A stretch of DNA of 62,867 nt, filler included, from Octopus bimaculoides (taxonomy: Eukaryota): the NCBI RefSeq assembly GCF_001194135.2. It is 6 parts of 6 records of this genome, joined end to end, with 100 filler letters (N's around TTAATTAATTAA, not from the genome) between each part and the next. Parts side by side here need not be neighbours in the genome. Positions count along the whole stretch, not along the records: positions 33,001 to 41,843 come from NC_068989.1; positions 41,944 to 60,015 come from NC_068983.1; 4 more parts are not named here. One strand, written 5' to 3'. Shown in pieces: positions 38,958 to 51,160 of this stretch (positions within the stretch are counted from its first letter, which is position 1; each line of letters opens with the position of its first letter). The position numbers were made by a program, and so were the translations under genes. The notes under the pieces were generated by a model that ran no database searches, was not told where the DNA came from, and saw only the letters and a list, made by a program, of their open reading frames with translations.

Positions 38958-39030
38958 CTGCCCCCCCCCACCGCTTGAAAACAGGTATTTACGTGTCTGC
39001 GTCGCCGTAACTTAGCGATTCGACAACTAT
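38594..39030 (+). mobile_element. SINE family A (head duplicated across a small N-gap, probably an assembly artefact)
   Basis: 38624-38774 recurs identically at 38784 onward. Confidence 0.85.
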
Positions 39031-39187
39031 TGAAATCGGTTCGATCGACAGTAATTCTACATAACACATACATACATACATGCATACATACATACACACT
39101 TATATTTGTATTATATTTACATTTGTATTTATTTGTATTTATATTGAGACGCAAATATCCACACACATATTCTTTCTTTTCATTTAT

Positions 39188-39862
39188 TCTTTTACCTGTT
39201 TCAAGTATTTGACTGCGGCCATGCTGGAGCGCTGCCTTTAGTCGAACAAATCGACCCCAGAGCTTATTCTTTGTTAGCCTAGTACTTACTTTATGGGTCT
39301 ATTTTACCGAACCGCTAGGTTACGGGGACGTAAACACACCAGCTTCGGTTGTCAAGCGATGCTGGGGGGGGNNNNNNNNNNNNNNNNNNNNNNNNNNNNN
39401 NNNNNNNNNNNNNNNNNNNNNNNNNNNNNNNNNNNNNNNNNNNNNNNNNNNNNNNNNNNNNNNNNNNNNNNNNNNNNNNNNNNNNNNNNNNNNNNNNNNN
39501 NNNNNNNNNNNNNNNNNNNNNNNNNNNNNNNNNNNNNNNNNNNNNNNNNNNNNNNNNNNNNNNNNNNNNNNNNNNNNNNNNNNNNNNNNNNNNNNNNNNN
39601 NNNNNNNNNNNNNNNNNNNNNNNNNNNNNNNNNNNNNNNNNNNNNNNNNNNNNNNNNNNNNNNNNNNNNNNNNNNNNNNNNNNNNNNNNNNNNNTATATA
39701 TATATATATATATACGACGGGCTTTTTTCAGTTTCCGTCAACCAAATCCACTCACAATGCTTTGGTCAGCCCGAGGCTATAGTAGAAGACACTTGCCCAA
39801 GTGGGACTGAACCTGGAACCATATGGTTGATAAGCAAGTTACTTACCACACAGCCACCCCTG

Positions 39863-39866
<4 letters not shown>
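39188..39866 (-). mobile_element. SINE family A, full length, spans an N-gap
   Basis: Tail, body and head match the consensus. Confidence 0.9.
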
Positions 39867-39930
<64 letters not shown>

Positions 39931-40598
39931 AGATTTGTCTCAACTGGTCACGTGTAATAGACTAAATTCGTATTCAGTCCAAAGTGAGATTTATCTGCAG
40001 CATTGTATTAAGTAGAATTTAAATGGCTGAGTGAATACGATACTGAACTATTTTGTGGTAGGTTACAAGTTGAAATTCTCTGCAGCTGTTTCGTCGTGCT
40101 TTTAGAGAGAACATTTTATTCTATATTATCTTGTGACACTTGACTTTTCAGTATAGTGGACAAGCCATTTAGGAAGAATATTATCTGTAATTGACTAGCA
40201 AATGTCTGTTTATTTTTATCGAAATGTGTCCCTGAAGCAAGAGCCAAGGACTAGTTCTCAATTTCTCTTGAGGACTGAGTGACATTTGCAATTACCAGTT
40301 TTTGTGAAGGAGTTGGAAAGCAAATCTGCTCAGGATCAACTTTATTGCATTGTTGTTTTTATTATTGTTGTTGTTGTTGTTGCTATCATTTCCAGCATTG
40401 CTTTATCCCTTTTGTTTCATTGCCCTATGATGATCTAAGCAGCTAACCTCATAGTTGAAATTTCTCGTCTCATGACCTTGATTGTCTTTCTGAAACGTTA
40501 GATACATAACGACAAAGAACAGGCAAGTTATAGCATTGTTATCGATACAGAAATATGTAAATATGATGTCCAAATAGCTTGTAATATTGGTCAGAAAA

Positions 40599-40800
40599 GG
40601 GCGGCGAGCTTGCAGAATCGTTAGCACGCCAGACAAAATGCTTAGAGGCATTTCGTCCGTCTTTATGTTCCGAGTTCAAATGCCGTTGGGGTAAACCTTA
40701 CCTTTTATTCTTTAAAATACGTACCAGTTGAGCACTGGTGTCGATGAAATCAACTTACCCGGTCCCACGGACTTGCTGGTCATGTGTTAAAATTTGAAAT
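40599..40800 (+). mobile_element. SINE family B (first of a tandem pair)
   Basis: ggcggcgagcttgcagaatcgttagc (A box), gagttcaaatgcc (B box). Confidence 0.88.
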
Positions 40801-40818
40801 TAGTATTAGTCAGAAAGA

Positions 40819-41030
40819 GGGCGGAGGACTGGCGGAATCGTTAGCACGCCGAACAAAATGCTTACCGACATTTCCTCTGCCTTTCTAATTCTGAGTTTAA
40901 ATTTCTTCGAGGTCGACCTTGTTTTTCATCTTTTCGGGGTCGATAAAATAAAAGCCAATTGAGGACTGGAATCGATCTAATCGACTTATCCTCTTCCCCG
41001 AAATTTCTGGCCTTATGTCAAAACAATATA
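40819..41030 (+). mobile_element. SINE family B (second of a tandem pair)
   Basis: Same head and body; flanked by aatatt(a/g)gtcaga repeats. Confidence 0.88.
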
Positions 41031-41754
41031 TAATATTAGTCAGACAGGTTGTTGAGGTTGCTTTTGTTCTTGATGTTGTTCTGCTCTTGTTGCTATTTAA
41101 CTCTGGATCAATTTTGGTTTAAAACATTCCACCAATGCTTACGCTATCCATTCTATTATTTTATATATCCATAACTACATTATACAATATATCTTCCCTT
41201 TTTGAAAGCTTGTAGGAAATGATTTGTGGAGGTTTAATGCATATTTCTAGCGGACCAAGTGCTTTTTCTTAGCTTGAACCATATAGTTTTCCTTTGGTTA
41301 GTAACAATTGCGAAAGGAGTTGTGTGGATGTATAACTAGATGACATTAAAAGTATTGTCATCAGGAATTTTCTCTTTCATCAAAACTTTAATCTCGCTTT
41401 TGTCACTTCCTTTATGCATTGTTTGAAACAAAAGCAAAAAAAAAAAAGAGTAAGTGAGTGAGAGGAGAGAGAGAGAGAACGAAGTCTTTCTTTAGGATAA
41501 ATTCTATGAAATGTTTAAAGTATGACAGTTTTGCTACAGATGAATTATCTCAAATTTTAAAATCAAAGTCTTGCCTACCAGCTGGAGCACATTCACCTTC
41601 AATTCGAGGAAATTTTTGTTGCAGAATGCTTTCATTATTCACTTTATTCACTTGTGGCTTCCTATTTATTACATTTATAAAAAGGAAGTAACCCAAAGGC
41701 ATTCGATCTGTGACAATACAGTGAATATATATTTCATATAGATAAGGTGGGTAC

Positions 41755-41796
<42 letters not shown>

Positions 41797-42103
41797 TACA
41801 CATACATATATATATGTAAACGTATATGTATGTATATATATATNNNNNNNNNNNNNNNNNNNNNNNNNNNNNNNNNNNNNNNNNNNNTTAATTAATTAAN
41901 NNNNNNNNNNNNNNNNNNNNNNNNNNNNNNNNNNNNNNNNNNNATATATAGCACAGTCGACATTTTCTACCACAACGCAAAGATTTAGAGGAATAAATAA
42001 TCAAGCATTCAGTAGCTTTCTCCCGTTCCTAGTCAGAGAAGGCGTAAACTTCTGCCTGAGATATGATATGACTGGTCCAGAAGATGCCACTCTATATATC
42101 AAT

Positions 42104-42316
42104 ATTGGCGAGTAGGCAGAATCGTTAGCACGCCGGGGAAGATGGTTTGCGGCATTTCGTCCGTCTTCACGTTCTGAGTTCAAATTCTGCCGAGGTTGAC
42201 TTTGCCTTTCATCCTTTCGATGTCAATCAAATAAGTACCGGTTGAGCATTGGAGTCAATTTAATCGACTTGACCTCTTCCCCGTAAATACTGGCCCTATG
42301 CCAAAAATTTGAAACC
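42104..42316 (+). mobile_element. SINE family B
   Basis: Full body; caatattg at both flanks (42100-42107 and 42316-42323). Confidence 0.88.
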
Positions 42317-43670
42317 AATATTGCTGATATCTTCTAATTTGCGGGATATGTCCTCAATCATAACATTCCCCAATTAGAAGGTTTCTCATCAAAATTTCTG
42401 TTTAAACAGCCTTACACTCATTTCATCGCTATACGCGACTGTTACTCTTATTTTTTATTTTAATGTTCAATGTTAATGTCTGAATGAATGAATGAAGCAG
42501 TGAGGCACTCAAAGACCTGACCTTTTCCCTCTGCATCCATCTTCCCTTTCACATCCCCTATTGAGATGGAAATTATCACTGGTAGTTAGTATTCTTGATG
42601 TCCAAATTTACAGATCCCTTAATATGTCTAGTCAAGTATCCCAACTTTTGTTATTAAGAACTTCTACTGCAAAAGTGTTCTTTTTAAACTTAAGCAATTA
42701 ACTCTATATCTTCTAAATTTTGCTAAACAACGTTAGCAGCGTTAAATTATGCAGTATTCTCATCAATCCCGAAGGAGTTATAGCAATTGTCATTGTTGAT
42801 AGTGAGATAGATATGCTGTTGTTATTTATATTCCACCCATGGACGAGAGGAGCACAAATATCAATCTTTCGTCGATTAACTTACCAAGTATGAATATTTA
42901 TTCTGGTCAAAATCCATTCCAATATCCCGTGAGAATGCAGTGGCTGTTTCTGTCTTTATCTCTTTGTGTCGTAAATATTACTTAAATACACATCATCAAA
43001 AAATTTCATCAAAAAGGGTTGATAACATTAACTTATGCTTGTATGAACGTATGTATGTATGTATTTTTGCATGTGTGTATGCATGTGTCCATGTATATAT
43101 AGTGATTTTTATTACTGTCGCTTTGCTATCAACTCTAACGCAGGCGGCAACATTTGCATCAGCAAGATGCAAATTTTGTTATTGTTATGACTAAAGGAAG
43201 AGATCTACTACTATCGTTGATCTCGCACACCATCAACTTTCCAACGTGCAAAGCAATATACGTAAACCCATTGAAAAAAATTCTCCCTCCTCTTCTCTAA
43301 TATCCGTTGGTTCATATCCCTGGAGAGGCTATTCATTACATCTTATTAACAAATAAAACACATTGTATTCATCTCCATGGCACAACTCGCTCACTCTCTA
43401 TCTAAAGTCAATCACCTTTGTCTACGCTGGTACTATGTTCTACAACACAGAAGAGGGAAAACGAAAACCTTCGTACCATATCATTAACGTTTTACCAAAA
43501 TAAAACTGAGGGGTTTGAGTTCTTTTGGACCTTAAATCTTCAAATCTGAGTAACTCCTTTCACCACCGGAGCCCGAAAATATTCTTGTTCCCCGTGCAAA
43601 ATTTCTCTCGAAGAACCTTGGTGTGAAAGGTGCTAGTTATTGTTACTGTGTAGTTATTGAGATTTAATTC

Positions 43671-43847
43671 AGGTATGGCTGTGTGGTAAGAAGTTTGATT
43701 CCCAACGTCATGATTTCGTGTTGTGTTCCTCTCCATGACACTTTGGACTAGTGTCGTCTATTATAATCCAGGACCAGCTAAAACATTGTAAGTAGATATG
43801 GTAGATGAAAACTGAAAGAAGCTTGGTGTGTGTGTGTGTGTGGGTGT

Positions 43848-43893
<46 letters not shown>

Positions 43894-44068
43894 ATGTGTG
43901 TGTGTGCATGCGTGCGTGTGCATGTGGGGTTTGGTTATACACCCGTAACTTAGCTGTTCGGCAAAAAGAGGCTGATACAAAAAAGTATCGTAAGGCAAAT
44001 TATTCAACTAAACCCTTCAAAACGGTACTCCAGCATGGCTGCAGTCCAATGATTGAAAATTGTGAAAG
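43671..44068 (+). mobile_element. SINE family A, diverged
   Basis: Head, internal (GT)n, partial body and tail. Confidence 0.8.
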
Positions 44069-44152
44069 ACAACAGATATGATATTAAATATTACATAACC
44101 TGACTTAGCTCTACCAGCTTGTTATCTTCGTCATTAATATTGTCAGGCTATA

Positions 44153-44369
44153 GGGCGACGAACTAGGAGAATCGTTAGCATCCCGGACAAAATGTTTAGC
44201 GGTATTCCGTCCGTCTTCGTGTTCTGAGTTCAAATTCCGATGAGGTCGACTTATCTTTTCATTTTTTTCGTAATCGATAAAATAAGAACCAGTTGAGCAC
44301 TGAGGTCAATATACTCAACTTACCCACCTACTCCTCAAACTTGCTGGCCTTGTGCTAAAATTTGAAGTC
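44153..44369 (+). mobile_element. SINE family B with 17-bp TSD
   Basis: Left TSD aatattgtcaggctata (44136-44152); the right TSD is split by SINE C. Confidence 0.88.
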
Positions 44370-44383
44370 AATATTGTCAGACT

Positions 44384-44770
44384 TGTTGTTGGCACTCCGT
44401 CGCTTACGACGTCGAGGGTTCCAGTTGATCCGATCAACGGAACAGCCTGCACGTGAAATTAACGTGCAAGTGACTGAGCACTCCACAGACACTTGTACCC
44501 TTAACGTAGTTCTCGGGAATATATTCAGCGTGACACAGTGTGACAAGGCTGACCCTTTGAATTACAGGCACAACAGAAACAGGAAGTAAGAGTGAGAGAA
44601 AGTTGTGGTGAAAGAGTACAGCAGGGTTCGCCACCATCCCCTGCCGGAGCCTCGTGGAGCTTTAGGTGTTTTCGCTCAATAAGCACTCACAATGCCCGGT
44701 CTGGGAATCGAAACCGCGATCCTATGACCGCGAGTCCTCTGCCCTAACCACTGGGCCATTGCGCCTCCAC
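44384..44770 (-). mobile_element. SINE family C (tRNA-derived, ~390 bp), clean copy with 11-bp TSD
   Basis: Minus: ggaggcgcaatggcccagtggttagg (A box), ggtttcgattccc (B box), caacaaca tail. TSD attgtcagact at 44373-44383 and 44771-44781. Confidence 0.9.
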
Positions 44771-46019
44771 ATTGTCAGACTATACAACAAAAAACAGGAA
44801 TCTATATAATGTTAGTTTATTTTTTCTCGCGTGATGGGGCGGGGTATTCTGACAACATTTTCCAGTCTCCATTTTACCACAATTAGATTTTAAGTTACTT
44901 CTGGTCTAATTCAAAAATTTTCCTGAATTTAAAACAGAAGCACTTTTTATATTTATCCATCAAATGTTTTCTGCATGTGAATTGGAGTTGTATGTTTTGT
45001 AATAAAAAATGTGTTTTTCTGCTTCGAACAAGATTAAATTTAATAAATGGTGACGATATAATCAGAAATTTCTTGTAGTTCAGTCAATAATGAAGTTTCT
45101 TTGTTAGTCAGGCACATTAGAAATACCAGGATAATCATCTTCGGCAGTTTCAGAACCGTTTGTGGCATAAGTCCATACCAATAATGTTGATGAAATAAAG
45201 TCTGGCAAATAGCTTTAGGTGCTTAAATAGATTTTGGGCTCGATTTGACATATGTCAATGATAAAAAAAAATCGACACAAACATTCACAGTAACACTGAT
45301 AAAGTACAAGCTAAATCAATTAATTTTGTTAAATGAATATAGGGACATTTTTTTTAACAACTAGCAATGAATAAGTTATATATCAATCAGTATTTAATTT
45401 GTAGCGTCAGTTGTAGAGCTGACGCAATTGAAGAGTGAGAAAATGCTCAAATCGTATCTATTGATAGTCCTTTTTGTTGATTATGATGTAAACACTCCAG
45501 ACTAAGAGACTATTGTTGTCCAACATACACACACACTCACACACACACACACATACACACATACACACACACAAACTAACAATTTACAATCACACTTAAA
45601 CTTAATAATACTTACACAGACTTTGTGTGCGTATGTATTAGTTACATATATATATGTATGTGTATGTGTGTGTTTCTGCTTCTTTCTTTTTCTCTCTCTC
45701 TCTCTCCCACTCTCTTTCCCTCCCTCCCTCTCTCTCTCTCCCTCCCTCCCTCTCTCTCTCTCTCTTCTATCTTTCTGCTTGTTTGTTTCTCCATCCGATT
45801 ATGCGTTCGCGTATATCATTGCACATACACATATACGTACTCTTCTATGCCTTTATTTTGGTAGACAAAAGTGACTTTTTGGAACAGTACAATATTTGTT
45901 AAATCTATATATATATAATATACAAGTCATGTTGCGCGTGCACACGTGTGTGTGTGTGTGTGCGCGTGTGTGTGTGTGTGCGTGTGTGTGTGTGTGTGTA
46001 TGTGTGTGTGTGTGTATAA

Positions 46020-46100
46020 ACCCGCATAACTTTCGAATTTCACAACTGATTTTCTCCAAACTTGGAACATACATTACTTATGTTCCAGAGATGGTTTAAG
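46020..46100 (+). mobile_element. Possible non-autonomous Helitron-type fragment
   Basis: ctgattttctccaaacttggaacatacattacttatgttccagagatggt resembles a motif recalled from invertebrate non-autonomous helitrons; not verified. Confidence 0.25.
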
Positions 46101-46289
46101 ACTCTTAAAATTTTTCACATAATGAATAACGAGCCCTCTGAGAGCAGAAAACACCCTTTCCTGGGTTAAGTGGAGAAGAGAAGTAACTCTTTGCGAAATA
46201 ACTTTCAGAAATTGATTGTACCTCTTATATCCAGCGCGATTAATCCACTGAATATTTTTCATCTTTTTCAAATTTTGATATTAATTAAT

Positions 46290-46621
46290 ACTCTTTTACT
46301 CTTTTACTTGTTTCAGTCTTTTGACTGTGGCCATGCTGGAGCACCGCCTTTAGTCGAGAAAATCGACCCCAGGACTTATTTTTTGGAAGCCTAGTACTTA
46401 TTCTATCGGTCTCTTTTGCCGAACCGCTAAGTTACGGGGACATAAACACACCAGCATCGGTTGTCAAGCGATGTTGGGGGGACAAACACAGACACACAAA
46501 CACACACACACATACATATATATATACATATATACGACAGGCTTCTTTCAGTTTCCGTCTACCAAATCCACTCACAAGGCTTTGGTCGGCCCGAGGCTAT
46601 AGTAGAAGACACTTGCCCAAG
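46290..46621 (-). mobile_element. SINE family A (head truncated by gap)
   Basis: Close match to 15487-15860. Confidence 0.9.
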
Positions 46622-47266
46622 NNNNNNNNNNNNNNNNNNNNNNNNNNNNNNNNNNNNNNNNNNNNNNNNNNNNNNNNNNNNNNNNNNNNNNNNNNNNNNN
46701 NNNNNNNNNNNNNNNNNNNNNNNNNNNNNNNNNNNNNNNNNNNNNNNNNNNNNNNNNNNNNNNNNNNNNNNNNNNNNNNNNNNNNNNNNNNNNNNNNNNN
46801 NNNNNNNNNNNNNNNNNNNNNNNNNNNNNNNNNNNNNNNNNNNNNNNNNNNNNNNNNNNNNNNNNNNNNNNNNNNNNNNNNNNNNNNNNNNNNNNNNNNN
46901 NNNNNNNNNNNNNNNNNNNNNNNNNNNNNNNNNNNNNNNNNNNNNNNNNNNNNNNNNNNNNNNNNNNNNNNNNNNNNNNNNNNNNNNNNNNNNNNNNNNN
47001 NNNNNNNNNNNNNNNNNNNNNNNNNNNNNNNNNNNNNNNNNNNNNNNNNNNNNNNNNNNNNNNNNNNNNNNNNNNNNNNNNNNNNNNNNNNNNNNNNNNN
47101 NNNNNNNNNNNNNNNNNNNNNNNNNNNNNNNNNNNNNNNNNNNNNNNNNNNNNNNNNNNNNNNNNNNNNNNNCGATTCTTAGAGGCGAGCTATCGTAACA
47201 TACGTATCTAGAGTGTTGCAAAAGTGGTAGAGCGGATACTTCTCCAGACGTGGAGACAGTCGTTTC

Positions 47267-47267
47267 T

Positions 47268-47331
<64 letters not shown>
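47267..47331. repeat. (GACA)n microsatellite
   Basis: Direct tetranucleotide array. Confidence 0.95.
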
Positions 47332-47333
<2 letters not shown>

Positions 47334-48149
47334 GGAGTAGAGCCGAGTTCACTCCTGGTCTGATATTTCTATTATCGACCCGATAATAGAAATATTGTAA
47401 GATAATAGAATAATTGTAAGATATTTTGTGACCTCTGTAACTCATTTCCATTTGCATAAGTTGATCTGTCACTTAGTTTATGATTAAATTTAAAGTTCTT
47501 CTCCGTTATGTACTAAAATCGCTCTTTTTCTCTTATTATCCACTGCAGCTGCATGAAAATACATTTCTAGAGTATTGAGTCATTTATTCCAAGTGCGTGT
47601 CATTGCTGCTGATGAAGTTTTGACGTTGAATTCTGGGGTTGTTGGAAATCATATGTTAACATTATAATGTATCTTTAAAACGTACTTAGCTAAAGTCTTG
47701 TATTATTATAGTTCCATTGTAAAGTGTATATTCAAAGCAAACTTATAGTTGAAATATGTTATTTACATCTGGAAACTTTATTCAACTTAATAAAACCATC
47801 TTGAATAGCAGTTGGAAGCATGCATCACAAGCATATGACTGTTATAGCTTCCCCTTATTTTGTGTATATTGCAGTCACACTGAGGACTATATCTTATTGC
47901 TTGGGTGTCCTCAGACCTACGTAGTCTATGCCGAGGTTCATGAAATTTCTGACCACGTTCGCTCTCGTGTGACACCTCATCATACTTTTTGATGCTTTCA
48001 ACAGTTGGTTCATTCAGGAAACTCGAATCACGCTCAATCTTTCGGTGAATATATACTTATTGTGAGGGAACTCATGCATGTCCTCAGTATACATATGTGA
48101 TATCAGATATGATCCGCATAAACCCTAGGCCAAATTCGACCCTTGCTCT

Positions 48150-49610
48150 TAATAACAACGAACCGAGCTAAAATCTAATTTGGCTTGATCGACCGTCCTT
48201 GCATCAGATCACATGGTTTTTCTATTAGCATAGTACTTCATGTTTGAATTGTGTGTGAGGTCTTGTTATCTTTGTCTATATTTTTTTTCTGTTACAGAAA
48301 TGATTTAAAAGTAGAATAGAATATGCTACCACTGTTGCTCGTTCCTGTAGAGCAAAAAAAAAAACTATTGAATTTCCCTTTCACATTATTTACCATCTTC
48401 ATATAATGATAGGACTACTTCGTCGATTGTTCTGTACAAGAGCATTACATGGGGATTATAGTGTGTAAGTCTTCTTATGCTATAATTCCTGTTGTGCTTG
48501 AACACACCTTAAACTCACAGCTTATAAATTGTGAACCGTTGTCAGAAACGACTTTCTATAGAATTCCTCGAAATACAAAAAGGAATTCAGTGAAGCTAAA
48601 TCCCATTTGGTTCTTGAGAAGTAACCCTGACCAACTCATCCACAATTACTAATAGTGATTTTCCTTTGTTTAGCGGATCTTTAAAATCTACATGTAGTTT
48701 CTTCCTACGTTTAACAGACATAAAGTATTCCAGAGTTTCCGACAGTTGAATTGACAAACATCAAACAATTTCTCATTTTTGACTTTATTCTTTCTGTCGA
48801 TGCCGGGACATACTCTTTTACTTGTTTCAGTCATTTGACTGTGGCCATGCTGGAGCACCGCCTTTTAGTCGAGCAAATCGACCCCAGGACTTATTCTTTG
48901 TAAGTCTAGTACTTATTCTATCGGTCTCTATTGCCGAACCGTTAAGTTACGGGGACATAAACACACCAGCATCGGTTATCAAGCGATAGTGGGGGGACAA
49001 ACACAGACACACAAATACACAGACACACAAACACACAGACACACAAACACACAGACACACAAACACACAGACACATAAACACACAGACACACAAACACAC
49101 AGACACACAAACACACAGACACACAAACACACATACATATATATATACATATACATATATACGATGGATTTCTTTCAGTTTTCATCTACCAAATCCACTC
49201 ACAAGGCTTTGGTCTGCCCGATGCTATAGTAGAAGACACTTGCCCAAGGTGTCACGCAGTGGGACTGAACCCGGAACCGTGTGGCTGGTAAGCAAGCTAC
49301 TTACCACACAGCCACTCATGCGCCTTAGAAGTTGTTTATTTTTTTCCATTCCAATATGACATTCATGGACAATTTGAAGATTTTCCAATATTAAGTTCAC
49401 GTTCTTAACGAACATGGAATAACGACTCGGTCTCGTCATAAAACGATGTTTGATTTTCTTGTAAGTTCCTCTTTTGAAAGGAAAAAGTTTTCTAACAGTC
49501 GGGTTCTTGCACTTGCCAGCTTGTAGTACCTCTTATATTGCTTGAGTGGTTGAGCCTTCTTTTAACTGTTATAACAAACTAGGTCTTTTTGCCGTTGTCA
49601 CGCTGCCGGT
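48150..49610 (-). mobile_element. Gypsy/Ty3 LTR-retrotransposon pol remnant (integrase), split by SINE A
   Basis: Minus peptides RDRVVIPCSLR, VHECHIGMEKNKQLL | VCPGIDRK (HHCC region), KLHVDFKDPLNKGKSLLVIVD, GIL*KVVSDNGSQFISCEFK and MKYYANRK. Confidence 0.8.
48812..49324 (-). mobile_element. SINE family A, complete, with an internal (CACACAGACACAAA)n 14-mer array
   Basis: Full head, body and tail; 14-mer array at ~48998-49132. Confidence 0.93.
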
Positions 49611-49698
49611 AAAAATATATGTTAATCTTTTAATAGTAGACTGTTATAGTGAAAGTCTCGTCAGTTACTATGGTGACAACAGTCTACTTATCTACTTA

Positions 49699-49813
<115 letters not shown>

Positions 49814-50530
49814 AACAATCTGTCATTATAATGAAAGTATTTTATTAAAGTATGTTTTTTGTTGACTCTGTTTTGGAAGACATACAAAAACACACAGACA
49901 CACACACACAAACAACCAAAAAAACAACCATCTATATCTTCAATATGATAAAACGCAATGTGTTCTATCGGTCACGCTAGAGGGAAAGAAGAGTAAAACA
50001 ACAGACGGTGTCGGAATGAGTGACGGTCACAGACGCTAAAGCAAGCAACAGCATTTCAAGTTCTTTGCTCTGAAAACGCTATTTTAATCAAAATAAAACA
50101 ACAAATTTTTATCGGAAATTCAATGTATTTTATAAGTTTCTCTCTGTCTATCTATCTATATCCCTCTCTCTTTCTCCCCTCCCTCTCCCACGCTCTCCCT
50201 CTCTCTCCCCCTCTCTTTCACTGTCTCTCTCTCTCTCACACACACATACACTCACACCACACACACGTACGCACGTACACATATAAACATACGCGCGCGC
50301 ACACACACACACACAGACACACACAAATCCTTTTTCCTTGTTTGCCCTTTCTGAGAGAAAACTTAATTTCCTTTTCCAAGTAAAGGATGACATATTTTAC
50401 TGATTTCATCGATCTCAAAAATGTAAACAAACCTACGCGTGCACACACATTCACATACGCATACAAACATATGTATACATATGCACATGCATAGGTATAT
50501 ATAAATATGTATGCGTACGTATGAGTATAT

Positions 50531-50915
50531 AGGTGCAGGCGTGACTGTGTGGTAAAAAGCTCGCTTCCAGACTATATGGTTCCGGGTGGCATTGTGTGGC
50601 ACCTTGGGCAAGTGTCTTCTACTGTAGCCTCTGACCGACCAAAGCTTTGTGAGCGGATTTCGTAGACAAAAACTGAAAGAAGTGCGTCGTATATATTTAT
50701 GTGTGTGTCTGTGCCTGTGTTTGTCCCCCACCCACCATCGCTTCACAACCGATGTTGGTGTGTTTATATATCCGTAACTTAGCGGTTCGTCAGAAGAAAC
50801 CGATAGAATAAGCATCAGGCTTACCAAGAATAAATCCGGGGGTCGATTTCTTTGACTAAAAGGCGGTGTTCCAACATGGCCACAATCAAATGACTGAAAC
50901 AGGTAAAAGAGAAAA
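50531..50915 (+). mobile_element. SINE family A, complete, diverged
   Basis: Head, short internal repeat, body and tail. Confidence 0.88.
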
Positions 50916-51037
50916 TATATATCAGCTGGAAAAAGACTATAACGAAAGGAAATATCTATATATAACCAGCCGCCATCCTTGATCGCTAAATCTAAGAGTT
51001 TTTTTTTCTCTCTCTCTCTGTATATTTTCTCTTATTC

Positions 51038-51160
51038 CTTTCTGTTGAAGTGCGTAGGCTCAAAGCGTAAAAGACTTTGTCACTTTCCTGAGTGTCAAAC
51101 TAATACACCTGCTTGTTGTTCATACACCTGTCTTCGTCTGTTGTTTATCTGTAAATTTCA
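51038..51160 (-). repeat. Dispersed repeat family E fragment
   Basis: Reverse complement matches 34509-34590. Confidence 0.7.

Noticed and set aside
42540-42900. Possible ancient L2/CR1 3' coding remnant
   Set aside because: Too degenerate to support without an alignment.
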